Below are positions 18,188 through 25,924 of a stretch of 32,000 bases of DNA, one piece after another. Made by a program: the position numbers and the translations under genes. The stretch lies in NCBI RefSeq assembly GCF_000021865.1, contig NC_014034.1, positions 3,240,001-3,272,000 of the forward strand, given 5' to 3'. This stretch comes from Rhodobacter capsulatus SB 1003. Its GTDB lineage: Bacteria > Pseudomonadota > Alphaproteobacteria > Rhodobacterales > Rhodobacteraceae. Position 1 is the stretch's first letter, and each line of letters starts with the position of its first letter. The notes below the pieces were generated by a model. That model was given only the letters and a program-made list of their open reading frames with translations, was not told where the DNA came from and made no database searches.

Positions 18188-20156
18188 GCTTGCCCCGCTT
18201 CTGATCATGTTGCGCGAAGGGCTTGAAGCCGCCCTCGTCGTCGTCATCATCGCCGCCTATCTGCGCCGCACCGGCCGCGGCGCCTGGATCGGGGCGATCT
18301 GGGTCGGCGTGCTTTTCGCCGTCGCGCTGTCGCTTTTCGTCGGTGCGGCGCTGCAATTCCTGCAGGCGGGCTTCCCGCAAAAGACGCAGGAAGGCTTCGA
18401 GGCCGCCGTCGCCCTGATCGCCGTGGCCGTGCTGGTCTGGATGGTGTTCTGGATGCGCGCCGCCGCCCGCTCGATCCGCGCGACGCTGGAACAGGGGGTC
18501 GAGGCCGCTTTCGACACCGCCCCCGGTCAGGGCACGGTCTGGGCGCTGGTCGCGATGTCCTTCTTTGCCGTCGCGCGCGAGGGTCTCGAATCGGTCTTCT
18601 TCCTGCTGGCGATCTTCCAGCAAAGCCCGGGCCCGGCCGCCCCCCTCTCGGCGCTGGCGGGGATCGCGATCTCGGTCGCGCTCGGCTTCGGGATCTATTC
18701 CGGCGGCATGCGGCTCGATCTGCGCCGGTTCTTCCGGTTCTCGGGCCTTTTCATCCTGTTCGTCGCGGCCGGGCTGCTCTCGGGGGCGCTGCGCAGCCTG
18801 CACGAGGCCGGGCTTTGGAATGCGCTGCAGACCCCGGCCTGGGATCTGAGCCAGACCCTGCCCAATGCCTCGGTCGCGGGCACCGTGCTTTCGGCGCTCT
18901 TTGGCTATCACGACAGCCCGACCCAGGGCGAGGTCGCCCTCTGGGCCGCGTTCCTGGCCGTGACCTGCCGCTCTTCCTGCGCCCCGCGCCCGCCCCCCTT
19001 CCGCAAAAGGCCTGATCCGATGACCCCTTCCGCACAAGCGCCGTCCGGGCGCCTCCTTCCGCTGCTTCTGGGCACCGGCGGCCTTTTGGTGCTGGGCGGC
19101 GTCGCGCTGTTCTGGCTCGCCTCGGCGCGAAACCAGCCGCAGACCGAGGGGGCGATCCCGGTCACCGTCACCGCCACCGCCTGCGAGCCGATGGCGCTGG
19201 AAGTGCCCGCGGGCCCGGCCCGGTTCCTGATCCGCAACGCCTCGGACCGGCCGGTGGAATGGGAAATCCTGAACGGCGTCATGGTGGTGGCCGAGCGTGA
19301 AAACATCGCCCCCGGCTTTTCGTCGGTGCTGAGCGAGCGGCTGAAACCCGGCGTCTACGACATCACCTGCGGGCTGTTGTCGAACCCGCGCGGCAAGCTG
19401 ACCGTGCTGGCGACGGCCGAAAGCGCCGCGGAAACCGCCGCGCCGCCGCTGCGCGAGCTGATCGGGCCGCTCTCGGAACGCAAGGTGCAGCTGATGAAGG
19501 CGGCGGGGAAATTCACCCGCGCGGCGCAGGCTTTGGAACAGGCGATCGCGGCGGGCGATCTGGCGGCGGCAAAGACCGCCTGGACGCAGGCCGCCGCGCA
19601 TTGGGCCAGCCTGGGAACCGTCGCCCCGCAGGCGGCCGATCTGCAAAACCGCATCGCCCCGCAGGCCGCCTGGCTGGCCGCACGCGAGGAGGACCCGGCC
19701 TTCACCGGCCTCTCCCGGATCGAATACGGGCTTTTCGCCCGATCCTCGGTTGCGGACCTTGCCCCGGTGGCCGCGGCGCTGAGCCGGGATGCGACGGAAT
19801 TTCAAAGCCGCGTCAAGGCCTTCGACGGCACGCCCGCAGGCATCGCCGCCGATGCCGCCCGTTATGCCCGCAGCCTGGCCGATGCGACCGCCGCCGGGAC
19901 CCTGACGCCCTATGCGGCCGACGACACCGTGCTTTTGGGGGCCGCGCTGGACACGCTCGACCGCGCCCGCGCCGTGCTCGACCCGCTGCTCTCGGCCGCC
20001 GATCCGGCGCAATCGGCCCGGGTCAAGGACCGGCTTGCCGCCGCCCATGCCGCGGCAAGTGCGGTTCCGCAGGATCACAAGGCCACCGCCGCGGCGCTGA
20101 CCGCCGCCGCCGAGGCCCTGGCCGGGATCAATCCCACCCTTGGACTGGAGCCCTGA
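18186..20156 (+). CDS. efeU/efeO: EfeU (FTR1-family ferrous iron permease) reading uninterrupted into EfeO (cupredoxin + M75/imelysin-like domain): one 656-codon ORF as sequenced. Probably two genes (efeU about 18186-19015 with a 1-nt frame problem near 18963; efeO 19020-20156)
   Basis: The N-terminal part MLAPLLIMLREGLEAALVVVIIAAYLRRT... with a second REGLE (AVAREGLESVFF) is the EfeU/FTR1 double-REXXE signature. From Met at 19020: a TM anchor, then IPVTVTATACEPMALEVPAGPARFLIRNASDRPVEWEILNGVMVVAERENIAPGF...YDITCGLLSNPRGKLTVL, which is the EfeO cupredoxin domain, followed by an imelysin-like helical domain. See the findings for the frame junction. Confidence 0.8.
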   Translation: MLAPLLIMLREGLEAALVVVIIAAYLRRTGRGAWIGAIWVGVLFAVALSLFVGAALQFLQAGFPQKTQEGFEAAVALIAVAVLVWMVFWMRAAARSIRATLEQGVEAAFDTAPGQGTVWALVAMSFFAVAREGLESVFFLLAIFQQSPGPAAPLSALAGIAISVALGFGIYSGGMRLDLRRFFRFSGLFILFVAAGLLSGALRSLHEAGLWNALQTPAWDLSQTLPNASVAGTVLSALFGYHDSPTQGEVALWAAFLAVTCRSSCAPRPPPFRKRPDPMTPSAQAPSGRLLPLLLGTGGLLVLGGVALFWLASARNQPQTEGAIPVTVTATACEPMALEVPAGPARFLIRNASDRPVEWEILNGVMVVAERENIAPGFSSVLSERLKPGVYDITCGLLSNPRGKLTVLATAESAAETAAPPLRELIGPLSERKVQLMKAAGKFTRAAQALEQAIAAGDLAAAKTAWTQAAAHWASLGTVAPQAADLQNRIAPQAAWLAAREEDPAFTGLSRIEYGLFARSSVADLAPVAAALSRDATEFQSRVKAFDGTPAGIAADAARYARSLADATAAGTLTPYAADDTVLLGAALDTLDRARAVLDPLLSAADPAQSARVKDRLAAAHAAASAVPQDHKATAAALTAAAEALAGINPTLGLEP

Positions 20157-20157
20157 G

Positions 20158-21456
20158 ATGAGCCCTTCTCCCTCTCGCCGTGCCGTTCTGGGCGGGCTTG
20201 GCCTTGGCCTTGCCGCCTGCCCTTTCAGCCTGGGCCTGGCCCGGGCCGAGACCGCGCCGCAGGCCTCGGCGCTGACCGCCGCGCCGCAGGCGGGCGCCAG
20301 CTCGGCCTCTGACCGCATCGCGCCGCAGGGCCGGTTTCAGGCGGGCATCGTCACGCCCCGCCCGGCCTGGGGTCTGGTGGCCGCCTTCGACGTGATCGTC
20401 GACACCCCCGCCGATCTGGAACGGCTGTTCCGCCGCCTGACCGAACGCATCACCTTTCTGACCAGCGGCGGCACGGTTCCGGATCTGGACCCCGCCCTGC
20501 CGCCCGCCGACAGCGGCATCCTTGGCCCGGAGCTGCGCCCCGATGCGCTGACGGTGACACTGGCGCTGGGCGCCTCGCTTTTTGACGCCCATCCCTGGCT
20601 TGGCCCGCTGCGTCCGGCGCAGCTGACCCGGATGACCGGCTTTCCGAACGATGCGCTGAACCCCGATCTGTGCCATGGCGACCTTGCGATCCAGATCTGC
20701 GCGAACACGCAGGAAACCATCATCCATGCGCTGCGCGATCTGATCAAGAACCTGCCCGACCAGCTGGTGCTGCGCTGGAAACAGGAGGGGAACGTGCCCG
20801 TCATTGCGCCGCAAGCCCCGGGCGTGGTGGAAAGTGCGCGCAATTTCCTCGGCTTCCGCGACGGCTCGGCCAATCCCGACAGCGCCGATGCGGCGCTGAT
20901 GGAGCGCGTCCTTTGGGTGCATGACGCCGCCGAGCCCGCCTGGGCGCGGGACGGCAGCTACATGGCGGTGCGGCTGATCCGCAATTTCGTCGAACGCTGG
21001 GACCGCACGCCGCTTGCGGAACAGGAGCGCATCTTCGGCCGCACCCGGATCACCGGCGCGCCGCTTGACAAGCGCGACGGCACCGAGGCGGACGTGCCCG
21101 ATTACGCCGCCGATCCCGAGGGCGCCGCCACGCCGCTCGACAGCCACATTCGTCTTGCCAACCCCCGCGACGCGGGCGAGCGGCATCTGATGCTGCGCCG
21201 TCCCTTCAACTATTCGAACGGGGTGACGAAATCGGGCCAGCTGGATCAGGGGCTTCTGTTCATCGCCTGGCAGGCCAGCCTGACTGATGGATTCATCGCT
21301 GCGCAGACCCGGCTGAATGGCGAACCCCTTGAAGAATATATCAAACCCGTGGGCGGGGGCTATTTCTTCGCCCTGCCGGGCTTTGGCCCCGGGCCCGACG
21401 ATTACCTCGGCCGTCAGCTGATCGACGCCATCGGCCACGCCCCGCAGAAGACCTGA
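20158..21456 (+). CDS. efeB: Tat-exported DyP-type peroxidase / deferrochelatase EfeB
   Basis: ATG 20158 (GGAG at 20147-20150), 1 nt after the efeO stop. Twin-arginine signal MSPSPSRRAVLGGLGLGLAA. DyP motifs FLGFRDGSANPD and HIRLANPR. Confidence 0.92.
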   Translation: MSPSPSRRAVLGGLGLGLAACPFSLGLARAETAPQASALTAAPQAGASSASDRIAPQGRFQAGIVTPRPAWGLVAAFDVIVDTPADLERLFRRLTERITFLTSGGTVPDLDPALPPADSGILGPELRPDALTVTLALGASLFDAHPWLGPLRPAQLTRMTGFPNDALNPDLCHGDLAIQICANTQETIIHALRDLIKNLPDQLVLRWKQEGNVPVIAPQAPGVVESARNFLGFRDGSANPDSADAALMERVLWVHDAAEPAWARDGSYMAVRLIRNFVERWDRTPLAEQERIFGRTRITGAPLDKRDGTEADVPDYAADPEGAATPLDSHIRLANPRDAGERHLMLRRPFNYSNGVTKSGQLDQGLLFIAWQASLTDGFIAAQTRLNGEPLEEYIKPVGGGYFFALPGFGPGPDDYLGRQLIDAIGHAPQKT

Positions 21457-21471
21457 GAAAGGACGAACCCG

Positions 21472-22275
21472 ATGAAGATGCTGTCCCTGGCCGCCACTTT
21501 GGCCGTGCTGGCCACCCCCCTTGCCGCCGCCGATGCGACGCTGGATCTTGTGGCGCCGATTGCCGAATACAAGCTTTACGTGTCGGAAAACACCGAAGCT
21601 CTGGTGACCGACACCCAGGCTTTCGTCGCCGCAGTGAAGGCGGGCGAGATCGACAAGGCCAAGGCGCTGTTTGCGCCGACGCGGCTGTCCTATGAAAAGA
21701 TCGAGCCGGTGGCCGAGCTTTTCGCCGATCTGGACGCGCCGATCGACGCCCGTGCCGATGACTACGAAAAAGCCGAGGCCGATCCGGCCTTTACCGGCTT
21801 TCACCGGCTCGAATACGCGCTTTGGGTCGAGGGCAAGACCGATCACGTCACCGCCGTTGCCGACAAGCTCGAAGCCGATGTGACCGAACTGGCCAAGCGC
21901 ATCGACGGGCTGACCTTCCCGCCCGCGGTGGTGGTGGGCGGCGCTTCGGTGCTGATGGACGAGGTCGCGGCGACGAAGATCTCGGGCGAGGAAGACCGCT
22001 ATTCCCGCACCGACCTGTGGGATTTTCAGGGCAATTTCGACGGCGCGAAGAAAATCGTCGATCTTTTCGGCCCGATGGTCGAGGACCGCGATTTCGTCGC
22101 CTCGGTCGAGGGCAATTTCGCCAAGGTCTACGAAACGCTCGACAAATACCGCGAGGGCGAGGGCTTCGTCAGCTATGAGAAGCTGACCGACGAGGATCGC
22201 AAGCGGCTCTCGGCGCTGGTCAACACGCTGGCCGAGGACCTGTCCACCCTGCGCGCCCGGCTCGGCCTGAGCTGA
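21472..22275 (+). CDS. efeM: EfeM-type periplasmic iron-binding imelysin/M75 protein (EfeO-like, without a cupredoxin domain)
   Basis: 267 aa. Sec signal MKMLSLAATLAVLATPLAAADA. Intact HxxE motif in DPAFTGFHRLEYALW (HRLE at 21802-21813). Confidence 0.85.
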   Translation: MKMLSLAATLAVLATPLAAADATLDLVAPIAEYKLYVSENTEALVTDTQAFVAAVKAGEIDKAKALFAPTRLSYEKIEPVAELFADLDAPIDARADDYEKAEADPAFTGFHRLEYALWVEGKTDHVTAVADKLEADVTELAKRIDGLTFPPAVVVGGASVLMDEVAATKISGEEDRYSRTDLWDFQGNFDGAKKIVDLFGPMVEDRDFVASVEGNFAKVYETLDKYREGEGFVSYEKLTDEDRKRLSALVNTLAEDLSTLRARLGLS

Positions 22276-22292
22276 GATCGCCCAGGCAAGGC

Positions 22293-22316
22293 GCCCCCCG
22301 GCCCGGCCCGGGGGGC
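22293..22316 (+). terminator. GC-rich hairpin terminator after efeM
   Basis: GCCCCCCGG-cccggc-CCGGGGGGC followed by TTCATT, 18 nt after the efeM stop. Confidence 0.55.
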
Positions 22317-22395
22317 TTCATTGCGACGCAGGGGAAGGCTGTTCAGGGAATCGGAAACAGATCGGGCTATAACGGGACGAATCGACCGAACCGGG

Positions 22396-24504
22396 ATGCC
22401 CGCGATGGCCCAGAGGACAGCACGAAAGGCGGACCGGAAAGGCCCGGCCGCAGGGGCGGTGCCGCTCAAGGCCTGGCTCTGGCGGTCTTATGTCAAGGCC
22501 GCGCTGATCCCGCTGCTGCTGATCGAATTCGGCTTCGTCGCGATCTACTGGGCCACAAGCCAGGTGGTCTATGACCGCTCCGCCGCCGCGATCACCCGGA
22601 TTTCCACCGATTCCGTCCGCGACGCCGCCCTGCGCGAGGCGAATGTCATCGCGCATCGGCTGGACGCGATCACCGCGATGACCCGGATCTATGCCGCGGA
22701 AACCGGCCGCGCCCTGCAGACCCCGGCCACGGCCAGTCAGGCGGAGCAGGACAATCACGCGCTCAGCCCCGGCGGCGCCTTTCACACCTTGCGCGACACC
22801 GGCGGCGCGGCGGTCTTCTATTCCGGCATCGTCCCGGTGGGCGCGGCGGAACGGGAAAAGGTCTGGCGCACGGCGCGGCTTGATCCGCTGATGCGCGCGA
22901 TCAAGGACAGCGACCCCTTGATCGCGCAGCTTTATCTGAACACCCGGGACAGCCTGAACCGGATCTATCCCTGGTTCGACGTGCTGAAGATCTATCCGCC
23001 AAAGATGGATATCCCGAGCTACAATTTCTATTACGAGGCCGATGCCGCCCACAACCCCGACCGCAAGCCGGTCTGGACCGACGCCTATGTCGATCCGGCG
23101 GGCGGCGGCTGGATGGTCTCCGCGATCGCGCCGGTCTATGGCCCCGACCGGCTTGAAGCGGTCGTGGGCATCGATGTCACCATCGGCACCATCTTGCAGC
23201 GCGTGCTCGACATCCGCATCCCCGGCGAGGGCTATGCCGTGCTCATCGGCCGCGACGGCACGATTCTTGCCCTGCCGCCAAAGGGCGAGGCCGATCTGGG
23301 CCTGAGCGAACTTCTGGCGCACAGCTACGAGGAGGCGATCCTCAAGGACACGTTCAAGCCCGCGGAATTCAACATCTTTCAAAAGCCGATGCTGACTGAA
23401 CTGGCCGGGGCGATGCGCACCGCCCCCGAGGGGGTGCGGCGCGTCGACCTGGGACGGCCGATGATCGCCTCCTGGGCGCAGGTGGCGGGGCCGAACTGGT
23501 CGCTGCTCGTGCTGGCCAGCGAAGACAGCGTGCTGGCCGCCTCCAGCGATCTGCGCAGCCAGCTGGCCTTTGTCTCCAAGGGGATGGTCGGGATCCTGCT
23601 GGTCTTTTATGCCGGGTTCTTCGCCTTCCTGTGGCGGCGCTCCGCCACGATGAGCGACCGGGTGGCCCGGCCGCTGGGCGATCTTGAACGCCGGATGGCG
23701 GTGATTTCGGACGGCGGCACCCTGCCCCCCGCGCCGCCCTCCGCGATCGAGGAGCTGCAGAAGGTGGGCGAACATCTGGTGCGGATGGGCGACAAGATCG
23801 ATGCCGCGAATCGGGCCAAGGCGGCGTTCCTGTCGGCGATGAGCCATGAGCTGCGCACGCCGCTGAATGCGATCATCGGCTATGCCGATCTGCTCGAAGG
23901 CTCGGAGGGCGAGCGGCTGGAGGGGGCGCGGCTTGATCAGCTGCGGGCGATCACGGCGGCGGGCTGGGATCTGGTGCGGCTGGTCGATGTGGTGCTGGAT
24001 CTGAGCCGGATCGAGGGGCAGGATCTGGCCCTGGCCCACGAACCGCTGGCACTGCGGCCGCTGCTGGAAGAGGCGCTGGACAGCCAGCGCGCCGAGGCCG
24101 GAAAACACGGGATCACGCTGGATCTGGACTTTCCCGAAGGCCCGCTGCCGCCGCTGCGGGGCGATGCCAAGATCCTGCGCCGGATCCTCGACGAGCTGTT
24201 GTCGAATGCGGTGAAATACAACCTGCCCGGCGGCCGGGTGACGCTGCAGGTCGCCCCCGAGACGGCGGGTTTCCTGCCGCTGCGGATCATCGACACCGGC
24301 GTCGGCATCGGCGCCGAGCATCGCGACAGCGTGTTCAAGGCCTTCCACCGGCTGGGCCATGAAAACAGCACGATCAGCGGCGCGGGCATCGGCCTGGCGA
24401 TCGCCAAGCGATTCGCCGATGTCTCGGGCTGCCAGCTTGATTTCGACAGCGTCGCGGGCGCGGGCTGCACCTTCACCCTGCGCCTGCCCTGCCGCCCGGA
24501 GTGA
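22396..24504 (+). CDS. sensor histidine kinase with a periplasmic Cache-type domain (no adjacent response regulator)
   Basis: Track ORF 22321 (TTG)..24504. The start is uncertain; ATG 22396 and 22405 are preferred. TM1 (AALIPLLLIEFGFVAIYWA) is followed by ~300 periplasmic residues with Cache-like motifs (LYLNTRDSLNRIYPW, YYEADAAHNPDRKPVWTDAYVDPAGGGWMVSAIAPVY, GIDVTI) and then TM2. HisKA FLSAMSHELRTPLNAIIGY; HATPase N/G boxes (LSNAVKYN, IIDTGVGI, GAGIGLAI). Confidence 0.9.
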   Translation: MPAMAQRTARKADRKGPAAGAVPLKAWLWRSYVKAALIPLLLIEFGFVAIYWATSQVVYDRSAAAITRISTDSVRDAALREANVIAHRLDAITAMTRIYAAETGRALQTPATASQAEQDNHALSPGGAFHTLRDTGGAAVFYSGIVPVGAAEREKVWRTARLDPLMRAIKDSDPLIAQLYLNTRDSLNRIYPWFDVLKIYPPKMDIPSYNFYYEADAAHNPDRKPVWTDAYVDPAGGGWMVSAIAPVYGPDRLEAVVGIDVTIGTILQRVLDIRIPGEGYAVLIGRDGTILALPPKGEADLGLSELLAHSYEEAILKDTFKPAEFNIFQKPMLTELAGAMRTAPEGVRRVDLGRPMIASWAQVAGPNWSLLVLASEDSVLAASSDLRSQLAFVSKGMVGILLVFYAGFFAFLWRRSATMSDRVARPLGDLERRMAVISDGGTLPPAPPSAIEELQKVGEHLVRMGDKIDAANRAKAAFLSAMSHELRTPLNAIIGYADLLEGSEGERLEGARLDQLRAITAAGWDLVRLVDVVLDLSRIEGQDLALAHEPLALRPLLEEALDSQRAEAGKHGITLDLDFPEGPLPPLRGDAKILRRILDELLSNAVKYNLPGGRVTLQVAPETAGFLPLRIIDTGVGIGAEHRDSVFKAFHRLGHENSTISGAGIGLAIAKRFADVSGCQLDFDSVAGAGCTFTLRLPCRPE

Positions 24505-24577
24505 CGGGCGCCGACGCGGCCAGGGCGCAACCGAAAACCGCAAGCGCGGCGGCAGTCGTGGATGATCTGGGGGGGAG

Positions 24578-24654
24578 TGGTACCGCCTCCCCGGCTCGAA
24601 CGGGGGACCTCTGGATCCACAATCCAGCGCTCTAACCAACTGAGCTAAGGCGGC
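24578..24654 (-). tRNA. tRNA-His (anticodon GUG), CCA encoded, no G-1
   Basis: Reverse complement: GCCGCCT-TA-GCTC-AGTTGGTTA-GAGC-G-CTGGA-TTGTGGA-TCCAG-AGGTC-CCCCG-TTCGAGC-CGGGG-AGGCGGT-A-CCA. 77 nt, with a G1:U72 pair and an A73 discriminator. Confidence 0.9.
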
Positions 24655-24665
24655 ACTGAGGGGGC

Positions 24666-24693
24666 ATTTAGCGGGCGGCGCGGGGGAATGCAA
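24666..24693 (-). promoter_or_regulatory. Candidate sigma-70 promoter for tRNA-His
   Basis: On the minus strand: TTGCAT (24693-24688), a 16-nt spacer, then CTAAAT (24671-24666), with the -10 ending 11 nt before the tRNA 5' end. Same TTGC-N16-CTAAA layout as upstream of tRNA-Glu. Confidence 0.4.
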
Positions 24694-24774
24694 GGGGGGA
24701 AACGACCTCTTTGCGCGTCCGCCGCTTGCCCCGCCGTCGCAGTTTGGCTAGGCACGGGCAAAATGGAGGCTCCG

Positions 24775-24999
24775 ATGGGCATCAACGACGAAAACGACAT
24801 GGCCGGCGATCTGCAGATCGGCCCCACCGATCAGGGGATGGTGCGAATCTTCGTCTCGGGCGAGGGGTTCGAACTGCCCTTCGACTTCGACCCCGAAGAG
24901 GCCGAGGAAATCGCCCGCGAATTGATCGATGCGGCCGAGGCGGCGCGGGCCATCGCCGAGGGCGCGTCGAAGGGCGGCAAGCCCCGGGGCAGGCGCTAG
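24775..24999 (+). CDS. small acidic hypothetical protein (74 aa) with a basic C-terminal tail
   Basis: Track ORF 24688..24999. I prefer ATG 24775 because GGAGG (24766-24770) lies 4 nt upstream. MGINDENDMAGDLQIGPTDQGMVRIFVSGEGFELPFDFDPEEAEEIARELIDAAEAARAI...GGKPRGRR. No family recognised. Confidence 0.55.
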   Translation: MGINDENDMAGDLQIGPTDQGMVRIFVSGEGFELPFDFDPEEAEEIARELIDAAEAARAIAEGASKGGKPRGRR

Positions 25000-25439
25000 G
25001 CCTGAAACGACAGACCGGGATCCGCCCGCCCCGCCAGCCGCAGCGCCGCGGTCCGGGCGAATCCCTGCGTCACCAGCTTGCGCCGCGGCGCGGCGAGCTT
25101 CGCTTCGGGCGCCATGCGCAGGATCTCGGCGCCGAAGCGGTCGGCCAGAATCAGCCCGGTGCCTTCGGGCAGGATTTCCCGGGGAAAGCCGGTGTCCACC
25201 GCCCAGAAAAACCGGTCGGCATAATCCAGATAGCCCTGCCATTTCCGGTCCGAGGTGAAATCCGCGCGCGAGGATTTGCACTCGACCACCCAGATTTCGC
25301 CCTTGCGGCCCAACGCCATCACGTCTACCCGCAGACCCGGACGGGGCACGACCTCGGGCAGACAGGCGAAGCCGTGATCCATCAGGCAGCGGCACACGCC
25401 GCGCGCCAGAAGCTGACCGGGGGAAAGATCGTTTGCCAT
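24996..25439 (-). CDS. MmcB-like PD-(D/E)xK nuclease-fold protein (putative DNA repair protein)
   Basis: Start at Met34 of track ORF 24996..25538 (MANDLSPGQLLARG...). RVDVMALGRKGEIWVVECKSSRADF shows the D...E-x-K restriction-endonuclease-like core, and the size and layout match the MmcB family. The family assignment is from memory. Confidence 0.6.
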   Translation of the reverse strand: MANDLSPGQLLARGVCRCLMDHGFACLPEVVPRPGLRVDVMALGRKGEIWVVECKSSRADFTSDRKWQGYLDYADRFFWAVDTGFPREILPEGTGLILADRFGAEILRMAPEAKLAAPRRKLVTQGFARTAALRLAGRADPGLSFQA

Positions 25440-25536
25440 GCGCAAGATATGAACGAAGCATGAACGCCTGTCGAGAGGGTTGACGCGCCGGTTCCGCAGG
25501 GCAAACATGAACCGCAAAACCATCAAAGGTTGCACC

Positions 25537-25884
25537 ATGGAAGACTACCAACGCCGACTCGCCGCCGCCCGGGCCGAACTTGAAGCCCTTGGCCTGCGGG
25601 GACTGCCGCATCCGATCCAGGACCGGGTGATGCGGCTGTTCGGCGGTGAGGCGCGGCCCTGGCCTTATCTGCCGCTCGGCGTGCGGATGAGCGCCTATGC
25701 GATCCCCTATGCCTTCATCTGGACCACGGCGAATTTCTTCCTGCGCTGGAAGGACCGGCCGATCGAGCCGGGCGAGGCGGTGGTCTCGACGGTGATGACG
25801 GTGGCGCTGTTTTCGATGCTGATGCTGGGCTACGAGCTGCGGCGCTGGCAATCGGTGAAGCTGAGCCGCTGGGAAGATCTGTAA
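25537..25884 (+). CDS. small two-TM membrane protein, function unknown
   Basis: ATG 25537 in track ORF 25480 (TTG)..25884; the start is uncertain (ATG 25507 is an alternative). MEDYQRRLAAARAELEALGLRG..., followed by two hydrophobic segments (SAYAIPYAFIWTTANFFL and AVVSTVMTVALFSMLMLGY). Confidence 0.55.
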   Translation: MEDYQRRLAAARAELEALGLRGLPHPIQDRVMRLFGGEARPWPYLPLGVRMSAYAIPYAFIWTTANFFLRWKDRPIEPGEAVVSTVMTVALFSMLMLGYELRRWQSVKLSRWEDL

Positions 25885-25889
25885 CGCCC

Positions 25890-25917
25890 TTGCCGCGGCG
25901 CCCCCCTGCGCCTATCT
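25890..25917 (+). promoter_or_regulatory. Candidate sigma-70 promoter of the structured RNA
   Basis: TTGCCG (25890-25895), a 16-nt spacer, then CTATCT (25912-25917). The predicted start lies about 7 nt downstream, at the GGCGG that opens the closing stem. Confidence 0.4.
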
Positions 25918-25924
25918 TGGCCTT

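Noticed and set aside
16750-24654. tRNA-flanked genomic island (tRNA-Glu and tRNA-His bracket the HPP, efe and kinase genes)
   Set aside because: There is no integrase or transposase and no direct repeat of either tRNA 3' end. GC content and codon usage are indistinguishable from the core genes.
7978-25851. Other long shadow ORFs: 7978..9789(-), 11889..13580(-), 13629..14822(-), 14747..16672(-), 15316..16527(+), 16768..18120(-), 16869..18167(+), 18075..20318(-), 20128..21846(-), 22318..24693(-), 24748..25851(-)
   Set aside because: Each overlaps a gene with clear family signatures on the other strand or in another frame. All have Arg/Gly/Pro/Ala-dominated composition and no recognisable motifs.
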